Origin: the human T2T-CHM13v2.0 reference genome, Homo sapiens
Direction of reading: 5' to 3'
DNA: 64,000 bases
Assembly: GCA_009914755.4 (NCBI GenBank)
Contig: CP086569.2
Coordinates: 12,224,001 to 12,288,000, forward strand
The position numbers and the translations under genes were made by a program. This document shows, piece after piece, positions 41,901-55,661 of the stretch; position 1 is the stretch's first letter, and each line of letters opens with the position of its first letter. The notes under the pieces were generated by a model. The model did no database searches and was not told the origin of the DNA. It worked only from the letters and a program-made list of their open reading frames with translations.

Positions 41901-44544
41901 CGATCAGAACGGACTGGAGAGGAATGTACACAAATGGAATGGAAACGAATGGAATGGAATGAAATGGAATGGAATGAAATGGAATTGAAAGGAACGGAAT
42001 GAAATGGAATGGAATGGAATAGAATGGATTGGAATAGAATGGATTCAAATAAAATAGAATCGATTGGAATGGTATTGAATGGAAGGGACTTGAATGGAAT
42101 GGAAAGCAATGGAAGATATTCGAATTGAATGGCATCGAATGAAATGGAATGGAACGCAATGGAACGGACCCGAATGGAATGGAATGGACTCAAATGTAAT
42201 GGACTCGAATGGAATTGACTGAAATATAATAGACTCGAATGGAATGGCCTCGAGCGGAATTTATTTGAATAGAATGGAATCAAATGGAATACAATAGTAT
42301 TGAATGGAATAGAATGGAATGGAATCGAATGGAATGTAATCCAATGGAATGGAACGGAATTCAATATAATGCAGTAGAATGGAATGCATTGGAAAGCAGC
42401 AGAGTGGAATCGAGTGGAATGCAATCGAGTGGAATGGAATCAAAGGGAACGAAATCGAATTGAATGGACTTGAATGGAATTGACTCGAAAGGAATTGACT
42501 CGAAAGGAATGGACTGGAACAAAAAGGAATCAAATGGACAGGAATGGAATGGAATGGACTCGAATGGAATGGAGTCAAATGCAAACGCATCGAATGGAAT
42601 GGATTCAAATGGAATGCAATTGAATGGAATAGAAAGGAAGAGAATGGAATTGAGAGTAATGGAAAGATATCGATTGGAATGAAATGGAATGGAAAGGAAT
42701 TGAATGGAAAGGAATGGACTCGAAAGAAATGGATTAGAATGGAATGGTCTCCAATGGAATGGACTGGAGTGGAATGGAATCGAATGGAATGAAAAGAATG
42801 GAACGGAATGGAACGGAAAGGCATAGAATGTTATGGAATCCGATTGGACAGAATGGAATGGAATGGACTTTCATGAAATGGAGTCGAATAGAGTGGCATC
42901 AAAAGGAATGGAATGGAATGGAGTGGACTCAAAAGGAACGGACTCGAAAGGAATGGAGTCGAAGCAAATTGAATCAAATGGATTGGAGTCGAACAGAATG
43001 GAATGGAATGGAATGAACTCGACTGGAGTAGAGAGGAATGTAAAGGAATAGAATGGAATGTAATCAAATGGATTGCAAGTGAATGGAATCAAAAATAATA
43101 GAAAGGAATGGAGTGTAAAGGGATGATATTGAATAAAATGGAATGGAATGGAATTTAATGGAATGGAGTCGAAGGAATGGACAGGAATGTAATGGACTCC
43201 AATGGAATGGAATGGATGAAAATGGATTTGAACACATTGGAATCGAACGGAATGGAATGCAATGGAATGGAATGGACTCGACTGGAGAAGAGACAAATGG
43301 AATGGAAACGAATTCAATGGAATTGAAAAGAATAGAATGGAATGGCGTGTAATGGTAAGATACTAAATGGAATGGAATGGAATGGAATGTAGTGGAATGG
43401 ACCCAAATGTAATGCAGTCGAATGGAATATACTGAAATAGAATGGAATCGAAAGGAAAGGTCTCAAATGGAATTTATTCAATACAATGGAATCGAATGGA
43501 ATGCAATAGAATGGAAAGGAATCGAATGTAATGGAATCAAATACAATGGACCAGAATGGAATGGACTGTCATAGAACGGACTGCAGTGTAATGGATTGAA
43601 TTCTAATTCATTCAAATGGAATGGAATGGAATGGAATGGAATCCAATGGAATGGATAGGATTGTACTGGAATGGAATAGCATGGAATGCAACGGAGTGGA
43701 ATGGAGTTGAATGAAGTGGAATGGAATCGATTGGAATGGAATCAAATGGAATGGACGGGAATGGAATGGACTGGAAGAGAACAGACTCGAATATAATGGA
43801 TTGCAATGTAATTGATTCAAATGGAATGGAATCGAATGGAATGTCATAAAATTGAAGGGATTGGAGTTCAATGCAATGGAATAGAATGGAATGCAAAGGA
43901 AAGAAAAGGCAAGGAGTGAAATCGAGTGCAATGGAATCGAATGGAATGAAATCGAATGGAATGGACTCAAAAGAAATGGACGAGGGACAAAACGGAATCG
44001 AACTGATTGGAATGGAACGGAAGGGAATGGAATGGAATGGTCTCCATTGGATGGGAGTAGAACGGATTGGAATGGAATGGAATGAAATGGAATGGAAAGG
44101 AATAGAATGGAATGGAATGGAATGGAAGGTAATGGAAAGATATCTAACGGATTGGAAAGGAATGGAATGGACCCTAATGGAATGGAATGGAATTCAACAG
44201 AAACGAATGGAATGGACTGGAGTGAAATGGAGTCGAATGTAATTGAGTGGAGAGGAATGGACTCGAAAGGAATGGACTCGAATAGAATGGACTGGAATGG
44301 ATTGTACTCGAATGGAGTGGAAAGGAATAAAATGGATTCCACCAGATTGGAATGGAACAGAATGTAATGGAATGGAATGGAATGCAATGGAATGGCTCGA
44401 ATGCAATGGAAGAGAAAGGAAAGGAATTGAATTGTATTGGAAGTAATAGAATTAAATGGAGTGCAAAGGAAAGATATCGAATGGAACGGATCGAAAAGAA
44501 ATAGAATGGAATGGACAGCAATGGAATGGAATAGAATGGAATAG
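38969..44544 (+). repeat. HOR copy 8 (~5576 bp), subtype B
   Basis: Landmark 'gactggcgtgcaatgcaaacg ... taaatacaatgg' at 38969; GGGCCC replaced by 'gggatgttcccaaaag' (~41051); +10 bp ('aattgaatgg') before the junction landmark. Confidence 0.85.
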
Positions 44545-47500
44545 ACTGGCGTGCAATGCAAACGAATGGAATGGAAACGAATGGAATGGAATGGAAAGGA
44601 ATGGAGTAGAATAAATACAATGGAATGGAATGGAATGGAGGCGAAAGGAAAAGAATGGATTGGAGTGTCACCGAATGGAAAGATATGGAATGGAAAGGAA
44701 TGGATACGAATGGAATGGAATAGAAAGGAACGGAAAGGTAAAGAATGGAATGGAATCGGATAGAATGGAATGCAATGTAATGGAGTCGAATGGAAAATAA
44801 TCGAGTAGAATGATATCGAACGGAATGGAATTTAATAGAATGGAATGGAATGGAATGGACTCGAATGGAATGTACTCAAATGGATTAGAATAGAATGGAG
44901 TGGAAATAAACGTAGTGAACTCGAATGGAATGGACACTAATAGAATGGAAGAGAAAGGAATGGTATTGAATGGAATTTATTCGAATAGAATGGAATTCAA
45001 CGGAATGCAACAGTGTGGCATGGAATCAAATGGAATGGAATCGAATGGCATGGACCCGAGTGGAATGGACTCACATAGAAGAGCCTCGAATGTAATGGGT
45101 TACAATGTATTAGATTCGAAAGGACTGAAATCGAATGGTATGTAATCAAATAGAACGGAACTGAATGCGTGGAATGGCATAGAAAGTAATGCAATGGAAT
45201 GGAATAGACTGGAAAGGAATGGAATCGGATGGAATGTAATGAAATATAATGGAAGGAATGCCATGCAATGGAATGGAATGCAATGCAATGGGACGGTGTA
45301 TAATGGAGTGCAATGGATTTCAGTGGAATGTAGTCAAAAGGAATGAAATAGAATGGAATTCAATATAATGGAATGGCATCCAATGGCAAGGGATGGAGCG
45401 GACTCCAATGGAAACGACATGAAAGGAATATAATATAATGGAATGGCATTGAACGAAATGGAATGCAATGGAGTTAAAAGGTAAAATATCGAATGGAAAA
45501 GAATTGTATGGACTCGAATGGAATATAATGAAATGGAATGGACTCGAATGGAATGTACTAGAGTTGAATGGAATCGAAAGGAATTTAAAACAATGGAAAG
45601 GAAAGGAAGGGAATTGAAAGGAACGGAATAGAATGGAACGGAATCGGATGGAACGGAATTGAATGGAATGGAAACTAAAGGAATAGAATAGAAAGGAATG
45701 CCATTGAATGGAATGGAATGGAATAAGATGGAACAGAATGGAATGGAATAGAATTGAATGGAATGGCATCGAATGGATTGGAATGGAATGTAATGGAATG
45801 GAATGGAAAGGAACGGAATGGACTCGAATGGAATGTACTGAAATGGAATAGAATAGAATGGAATGGAAGTAAATATAATGGACTCGAGTGGAATGGATTG
45901 GAATAAATTGGAATTGAATGTATTGGATTCGAATGGAAAGGAATGGAATGGAATGGAATGGAATGGAATGGAATGGAATGGAATGGAATGGAATGGATTC
46001 GAATGGAATGGAACGAATTGGAATGTAATTGAATGGAGTCGAAAACAGTAGAAAGAAAAGAAGTTTAATCGAATGATATAGAATGGAATTGAATGGAATG
46101 TACGCGAATGGAATGGACTGGAATGGAATGGAGTGACATGTAATGGAATCGAAAGGAATGGAATCGAATGAAATGGAATTGAATGGAATAGAAAGGAATA
46201 GAATGGAATGGAGTTTAATGGAAAGATATTAAAAGTAATGGAATGGAATTGAGTGGACACAAATGGAATGGACTGGAATGGAAAGGACTCGAATGAAATG
46301 GAGCGCATTAGAATGGACTCGAATGGAATGGATTGGAGTGGAATGGTCTCGAATGGATTGGAAACGAATGTAATGGAAAGGAATAGAATGGAATGTAATC
46401 AACTGGAAAGAAATGTAATGGAATGGGTTCAACTGGAACAGAATTGAATGGAGTGGAATTGAATGGAATGGAATGCAATCGAATGGAATGCACACGAATG
46501 GAATAGAATGAAATGAAAGGGCATAGAATGGAATGGAATGGAATGGAATGGAATGGAATGGTATGGAATGGAATGGAATGGTATGGAATGAAATGGATTG
46601 GAATGGGATGTTCCCAAAAGTAATGGACTCAAATAAAAGGGACTCAAATAGAATGAATTGGAAAGAAACGGTCTCGAATGTAATTTATTCGAATAGAATG
46701 ATATTGAATGGAATGCAATAATAATAAATGGTATCGAATAGAATGGAATAGAATGGAATGGAATGGAACGGAATGGAGTGCATTTGAACGGACTCCAATG
46801 CAACAAATTGCAATATAATTGATTCAAATGGAATGGAATCGAATAGAATGTAAACAAATGGAATGGAAGGCAATGCAATTGAAAGGAATCGAATGAAATG
46901 GAATAAATGGGATGGAATCGAATGGAAAGGACGCGAATATAATGGACTGTTAAGGAAAGGCCTCGAATCGAATTTATTCCAATAGAATGGAATCGAATGG
47001 AATGCAATACTATTGAATCGAATCAAATGGAATGGAATTGAATGGAATGGACAGGAATGGAATGAACTGGAAATGAATGGACAAGAACGTAATATAGTGC
47101 AATGTAATTTATTCAAATGGAATGGAATGCAATCGAATGGATTGGACTCGATTGGAATGGACTGGAGTGGAATGGACTGAAATGGAATGGAAACGAATGT
47201 AATGGAATGGAACGGAAAGCAAAGGAATCTACTGTAATAGAATCGAACGGAACAGAAAGGAATGGAATGGAATGGAGTGGAATGGACTCGAATGGAATGT
47301 ATTCGAATGTAATGGACCGGAAAGGAATGGAATCCAATGGAATGGAATTGAATGGAATCAAAAGGAATAGAAAGGAATAGAGTGTAATTGAATGATATCG
47401 AATGGAAGGGAATGGAATGAAGTCGAATGGAATGCACTGGAATGGAATGGACACGATCAGAACGGACTGGAGAGGAATGTACACAAATGGAATGGAAACG

Positions 47501-50096
47501 AATGGAATGGAATGAAAAGGAATGGAATGAAATGGAATTGAAAGGAACGGAATGAAATGGAATGGAATGGAATGGAATGGATTGGAATAGAATGGATTCA
47601 AATAAAATACAATCGATTGGAATGGTATTGAATGGAAGGGACTTGAATGGAATGGAAAGCAATGGAAGATATTCGAATTGAATGGCATCGAATGAAATGG
47701 AATGGAACGCAATGGAACGGACCCGAATGGAATGGAATGGACTCAAATGTAATGGACTCGAATGGAATCGACTGAAATATAATAGACTCGAATGGAATGG
47801 CCTGGAGCGGAATTTATTTGAATAGAATGGAATCAAATGGAATACAATAGTATTGAATGGAATAGAATGGAATGGAATCGAATTTAATGTAATCCAATGG
47901 AATGGAACGGAATTCAATATAATGGAGTAGAATGGAATGCATTGGAAAGCAGCAGAGCGGAATCGAGTGGAATGGAATCGAGTGGAATGGAATCAAAGGG
48001 AACGAAATCGAATTGAATGGACTTGAATGGAATTGACTCGAAAGGAATTGACTCGAAAGGAATGGACTGGAACAAAAAGGAATCAAATGGACAGGAATGG
48101 AATGGAATGGACTCGAATGGAATGGAGTCAAATGCAAACGCATCGAATGGAATGGATTCAAATGGAATGCAATTGAATGGAATAGAAAGGAAGAGAATGG
48201 AATTGAGAGTAATGGAAATATATGGATTGGAATGAAATGGAATGGAAAGGAATTGAATGGAAAGGAATGGACTCGAAAGAAATGGATTGGAATGGAATGG
48301 TCTCCAACGGAATGGACTGGAGTGGAATGGAATCGAATGGAATGAAAAGAATGGAACGGAATGGAACTGAAAGGAATAGAAAGTTATGGAATCCGATGGG
48401 ACAGAATGGAATGGAATGGACTTTCATGAAATGGAGTCGAATAGAGTGGCATCAAAAGGAATGGAATGGAATGGAGTGGACTCAAAAGGAATGGACTCAA
48501 AAGGAATGGAGTCGAACCAAATTGAATCAAATGGATTGGAGTCGAACAGAACGGAATGGAATGGAATGAACTCGACTGGAGTAGAGAGGAATATAAAGGA
48601 ATAGAATGGAATGTAATCAAATGGATTGCAAGCGAATGGAATCAAAAATAATAGAAAGGAATGGAGTGTAAAGGGATGATATTGAATAAAATGGAATGGA
48701 ATGGAATTTAATGGAATGGAGTCGAAGGAATGGACAGGAATGTAATGGACTCCAATGGAATGGAATGGATGAAAATGGATTTGAACAGATTGGTATCGAA
48801 CGGAATGGAATGCAGTGGAATGGAATGGACTCGAATGGAGAAGAGACAAATGGAATGGAAACGAATTCAATGGAATTGAAAAGAATAGAATGGAATGGCG
48901 TGTAATGGTAAGATACTAAATGGAATGGAATTGAATGGAATGTAATGGAATGAAACCAAATGTAATGCACTCAAATGGAATATACTCAAATAGAATGGAA
49001 TCGAAAGGAAAGGTCTCCAATGGAATTTATTCAATACAATGGAATCAAAAGAAATGCAATAGAAAGAAAAGGAATCGAATGTAATGGAATCAAATAGTAT
49101 GGACCAGAATGGAATGGACTGCCATAGAACGGACTGCAGTGTAATGGATTGAATTCTAATTCATTCAAATGGAATGGAATTGAATGGAATGGAATCCAAT
49201 GGAATGGATAGGATTGTACTGGAATGGAATAGCATGGAATGCAACGGAGTGGAATGGAGTTGAATGAAGTGGAATGGAATCGATTGGAATGGAATCAAAT
49301 GGAATGGACGGGAATGGAATGGACTGGAAGAGAACAGACTCGAATATAATGGATTGCAATGTAATTGATTCAAATGGAATGGAATCGAATGGAATGTAAT
49401 AAAATTGAAGGGATTGGAGTTCAATGCAATGGAATAGAATGGAATGCAAAGGAAAGAAAAGGCACGGAGTGAAATCGAGTGCAATGGAATCGAATGGAAT
49501 GAAATCGAATGGAATGGACTCAAAAGAAATGGACGAGGGACAAAACGGAATCGAACTGATTGGAATGGAACGGAAGGGAATGGAATGGAATGGTCTCCAT
49601 TGGATGGGAGTAGAACGGATTGGAATGGAATGGAATGAAATGGAATGGAAAGGAATTGAATGGAATGGAATGGAATGGAAGGTAATGGAAAGATATCAAA
49701 CGGATTGGAAAGGAATGGAATGGACCCTAATGGAATGGAATGGAATTCAACAGAAACGAACGGAATGGACTGGAGTGAAATGGAGTCGAATGTAATTGAG
49801 TGGAGAGGAATGGACTCGAAAGGAATGGACTCGAATAGAATGGACTGGAATGGATTGTACTCGAATGGAGTGGAAAGGAATAAAATGGATTCCACCAGAT
49901 TGGAATGGAACAGAATGTAATGGAATGGAATGGAATGCAATGGAATGGCTCGAATGCAATGGAAGAGAAAGGAAAGGAATTGAATGGTATTGAAAGTAAT
50001 AGAATTAAATGGAGTGCAAAGGAATGATATCGAATGGAATGGATCGAAAAGAAATAGAATGGAATGGACAGGAATGGAATGGAATAGAATGGAATA
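44545..50096 (+). repeat. HOR copy 9 (~5552 bp), subtype B
   Basis: Landmark at 44545 preceded by an extra 'aatagaatgg'; no GGGCCC (~46608 'gggatgttccc'); ORF landmarks 44551.., 44900.. equal 38976.., 39325.. shifted by one period. Confidence 0.85.
45941..46000 (+). repeat. Pure (GGAAT)~12 tract, a second length-variable site within the HOR
   Basis: 'ggaaagg(aatgg)n attcgaatgg'. About 12 units here, 5 in copy 1 (1571-1610), ~10 in copy 8 (40371-40430) and ~11 in copy 11 (57051-57115). Confidence 0.75.
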
Positions 50097-53000
50097 GACT
50101 GGCGTGCAATGCAAACGAATGGAATGGAAACGAATGGAATGGAATGGAAAGGAATGGAGTAGAATAAATACAATGGAATGGAATGGAATGGAGGCGAAAG
50201 GAAAAGAATGGATTGGAGTGTCACCGAATGGAAAGATATGGAATGGAAAGGAATGGATACGAATGGAATGGAATAGAAAGGAACGGAAAGGTAAAGAATG
50301 GAATGGAATCGGATAGAATGGAATGCAATGTAATGGAGTCGAATGGAAAATAATCGAGTAGAATGATATCGAACGGAATGGAATTTAATAGAATGGAATG
50401 GAATGGAATGGACTCGAATGGAATGTACTCAAATGGATTAGAATAGAATGGAGTGGAAATAAACGTAGTGAACTCGAATGGAATGGACACTAATAGAATG
50501 GAAGAGAAAGGAATGGTATTGAATGGAATTTATTCGAATAGAATGGAATTCAACGGAATGCAACAGTGTGGCATGGAATCAAATGGAATGGAATCGAATG
50601 GCATGGACCTGAGTGGAATGGACTCACATAGAAGAGCCTCGAATGTAATGGATTACAATGTATTAGATTCGAAAGGACTGAAATCGAATGGAATGTAATC
50701 AAATAGAACGGAACTGAATGCGTGGAATGGCATAGAAAGTAATGCAATGGAATGGAATAGACTGGAAAGGAATGGAATCGGATGGAATGTAATGAAATGT
50801 AATGGAAGGAATGCCATGCAATGGAATGGAATGCAATGCAATGGGACGGTGTATAATGGAGTGCAATGGATTTCAGTGGAATGTAGTGAAAAGGAATGAA
50901 ATAGAATGGGATTCAATATAATGGAATGGCATCCAATGGCAAGGGATGGAGCGGACTCCAATGGAAACATGAAAGGAATATAATATAATGGAATGGTATT
51001 GAACGAAATGGAATGCAATGGAGTTAAAAGGTAAAATATCGAATGGAAAAGAATTGTATGGACTCGAATGGAATATAATGAAATGGAATGGACTCGAATG
51101 GAATGTACTAGAGTTGAATGGAATCGAAAGGAATTTAAAACAATGGAAAGGAAAGGAAGGGAATTGAAAGGAACGGAATAGAATGGAACGGAATCGGATG
51201 GAACGGAATTGAATGGAATGGAAACTAAAGGAATAGAATAGAAAGGAATGCCATTGAATGGAATGGAATGGAATAAGATGGAACAGAATGGAATGGAATA
51301 GAATTGAATGGAATGGCATCAAATGGATTGGAATGGAATGTAATGGAATGGAATGGAAAGGAATGGAATGGACTCGAATGGAATGTACTGAAATGGAATA
51401 GAATAGAATGGAATGGAAGTAAATATAATGGACTCGAGTGGAATGGATTGGAATAAATTGGAATTGAATGTATTGGATTCGAATGGAAAGGAATGGAATG
51501 GAATGGAATGGAATGGAATGGAATGGAATGGAATGGAAGGGATTCGAATGGAATGGAACGAATTGGAATGTAATTGAATGTAGTCGAAAGCAGTAGAAAG
51601 AAAAGAAGTTTAATCAAATGATATCGAATGGAATTGAATGGAATGTACGCTAATGGAATGGACTGGAATGGAATGGAGTGACATGTAATGGAATCGAAAG
51701 GAATGGAATCGAATGAAATGGAATTGAATGGAATAGAAAGGAATAGAATGGAATGGAGTTTAATGGAAAGATATTAAAAGTAATGGAATGGAATTGAGTG
51801 GACACAAATGGAATGGACTGGAATGGAAAGGACTCGAATGAAATGGAGCGCATTAGAATGGACTCGAATGGAATGGATTGGAGTGGAATGGTCTCGAATG
51901 GATTGGAAACGAATGTAATGGAAAGGAATAGAATGGAATGTAATCAACTGGAAAGAAATGTAATGGAATGGGTTCAACTGGAACAGAATTGAATGGAGTG
52001 GAATTGAATGGAATGGAATGCAATCGAATGGAATGCACACGAATGGAATAGAATGAAATGAAATGGCATAGAATGGAATGGAATGGAATGGAATGGAATG
52101 GAATGGAATGGAATGGAATGGAATGGAATGGCATGGAATGGAATGGAATGGTATGGAATGAAATGGATTGGAATGGGATGTTCCCAAAAGTAATGGACTC
52201 AAATAAAAGGGACTCAAATAGAATGAATTGGAAAGAAACGGTCTCGAATGTAATTTATTCGAATAGAATGATATTGAATGGAATGCAATAATATGGAATG
52301 GTATCGAATAGAATGGAATAGAATGGAATGGAATGGAACGGAATGGAGTGCATTTGAACGGACTCCAATGCAACAAATTACAATATAATTGATTCAAATG
52401 GAATGGAATCGAATAGAATGTAAACAAATGGAATGGAAGGCAATGCAATGGAAAGGAATCGAATGAAATGGAATAAATGGGATGGAATCGAATGGAAAGG
52501 ACGCGAATATGATGGACTGTTAAGGAAAGGCCTCGAATCGAATTTATTCCAATAGAATGGAATCGAATGGAATGCAATACTATTGAATCGAATCAAATGC
52601 AATGGAATTGAATGGAATGGACAGGAATGGAATGAACTGGAAGTGAATGGACAAGAACGTAATATAGTGCAATGTAATTTATTCAAATGGAATGGAATGC
52701 AATCGAATGGAATGGACTCGATTGGAATGGACTGGAGTGGAATGGACTGAAATGGAATGGAAACGAATGTAATGGAATGGAACGGAAAGCAAAGGAATCT
52801 ACTGTAATAGAATCGAACGGAACAGAAAGGAATGGAATGGAATGGAGTGGAATGGACTGGAATGGAATGTATTCGAATGTAATGGACCGGAAAGGAATGG
52901 AATCCAATGGAATGGAATTGAATGGAATCAAAAGGAATAGAAAGGAATAGAGTGTAATTGAATGATATCGAATGGAAGGGAATGGAATGAAGTCGAATGG

Positions 53001-55661
53001 AATGCACTGGAATTGAATAGACACGATCAGAATGGGCTGGAGAGGAATGTACACAAATGGAATGGAAACGAATGGAATGGAATGAAAACGAATGGAATGA
53101 AATGGAATTGAAAGGAACGGAATGAAATGGAATGGAATGGAATGGAATGGATTGGAATAGAATGGATTCAAATAAAATAGAATCGATTGGAATGGTATTG
53201 AATGGAAGGGACCTGAATGGAATGGAAAGCAATGGAAGATATTCGAATTGAATGGCATCGAATGAAATGGAATGGAACGCAATGGAACGGACCCGAATGG
53301 AATGGAATGGACTCAAATGTAATGGACTCGAATGGAATCGACTGAAATATAATAGACTCGAATGGAATGGCCTTGAGCGGAATTTATTTGAATAGAATGG
53401 AATCAAATGGAATACAATAGTATTGAATGGAATAGAATGGAATGGAATCGAATGGAATGTAATCCAATGGAATGGAACGGAATTCAATATAATGGAGTAG
53501 AATGGAATGCATTGGAAAGCAGCAGAGTGGAATCGAGTGGAATGGAATCGAGTGGAATGGAATCAAAGGGAACGAAATCGAATTGAATGGAGTTGAATGG
53601 AATTGACTCGAAAGGAATTGACTCGAAAGGAATGGACTGGAACAAAAAGGAATCAAATGGACAGGAATGGAATGGAATGGACTCGAATGGAATGGAGTCA
53701 AATGCAAACGCATCGAATGGAATGGATTCAAATGGAATGCAATTGAATGGAATAGAAAGGAAGAGAATGGAATTGAGAGTAATGGAAAGATATGGATTGG
53801 AATGAAATGGAATGGAAAGGAATTGAATGGAAAGGAATGGACTCGAAAGAAATGGATTGGAAAGGAATGGTCTCCAATGGAATGGACTGGAGTGGAATGG
53901 AATCGAATGGAATGAAAAGAATGGAACGGAATGGAACGGAAAGGAACAGAAAGTTATGGAATCCGATGGGACAGAATGGAATGGAATGGACTTTCATGAA
54001 ATGGAGTCGAATAGAGTGGCATCAAAAGGAATGGAATGGAATGGAGTGGACTCAAAAGGAATGGACTCAAAAGGAATGGAGTCGAACCAAATTGAATCAA
54101 ATGGATTGGAGTCGAACAGAACGGAATGGAATGGAATGAACTCGACTGGAGTAGAGAGGAATGTAAAGGAATAGAATGGAATGTAATCAAATGGATTGCA
54201 AGCGAATGGAATCAAAAATAATAGAAAGGAATGGAGTGTAAAGGGATGATATTGAATAAAATGGAATGGAATGGAATTTAATGGAATGGAGTCGAAGGAA
54301 TGGACAGGAATGTAATGGACTCCAATGGAATGGAATGGATGAAAATGGATTTGAACAGATTGGTATCGAACGGAATGGAATGCAGTGGAATGGAATGGAC
54401 TCGAATGGAGAAGAGACAAATGGAATGGAAACGAATTCAATGGAATTGAAAAGAATAGAATGGAATGGCGTGTAATGGTAAGATACTAAATGGAATGGAA
54501 TTGAATGGAATGTAATGGAATGGAACCAAATGTAATGCACTCAAATGGAATATACTCAAATAGAATGGAATCGAAAGGAAAGGTCTCCAATGGAATTTAT
54601 TCAATACAATGGAATCAAAAGAAATGCAATAGAAAGAAAAGGAATCGAATGTAATGGAATCAAATAGTATGGACCAGAATGGAATGGAGTGCCATAGAAG
54701 GGACTGCCGTGTAATGGATTGAATTCTAATTCATTCAAATGGAATGGAATTGAATGGAATGGAATCCAATGGAATGGATAGGATTGTACTGGAATGGAAT
54801 AGCATGGAATGCAACGGAGTGGAATGGAATTGAATGAAGTGGAATGGAATCGATTGGAATGGAATCAAATGGAATGGACGGGAATGGAATGGACTGGAAA
54901 AGAACAGACTCGAATATTATGGATTGCAATGTAATTGATTCAAATGGAATGGAATCGAATGGAATGTAATAAAATTGAAGGGATTGGAGTTCAATGCAAT
55001 GGAATAGAATGGAATGCAAAGGAAAGAAAAGGCACGGAGTGAAATCGAGTGCAAGGGAATCGAATGGAATGAAATGGAATGGAATGGACTCAAAAGAAAT
55101 GGACGAGGGACAAAACGGAATCGAACTGATTGGAATGGAACGGAAGGGAATGGAATGGAATGGTCTCCATTGGATCGGAGTAGAACGGATTGGAATGGAA
55201 TGGAATGAAATGGAATGGAAAGGAATAGAATGGAATGGAATGGAATGGAAGGTAATGGAAAGATATCAAACGGATTGGAAAGGAATGGACCCTAATGGAA
55301 TGGAATGGAATTCAACAGAAACGAATGGAATGGACTGGAGTGAAATGGAGTCGAATGTAATTGAGTGGAGAGGAATGGACTCGAAAGCAATGGACTCGAA
55401 TAGAATGGACTGGAATGGATTGTACTCGAATGGAGTGGAAAGGAATAAAATGGATTCCACCAGATTGGAATGGAACAGAATGTAATGGAATGGAATGGAA
55501 TGCAATGGAATGGCTCGAATGCAATGGAAGAGAAAGGAAAGGAATTGAATGTTATTGAAAGTAATAGAATTAAATGGAGTGCAAAGGAATGATATCGAAT
55601 GGAATGGATCGAAAAGAAATAGAATGGAATGGACAGGAATGGAATGGAATAGAATGGAATA
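50097..55661 (+). repeat. HOR copy 10 (~5565 bp), subtype B
   Basis: Landmark at 50097; 'gggatgttccc' at ~52180; CTGCAG landmark mutated to 'ctgccgtg' at ~54703. Confidence 0.85.
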
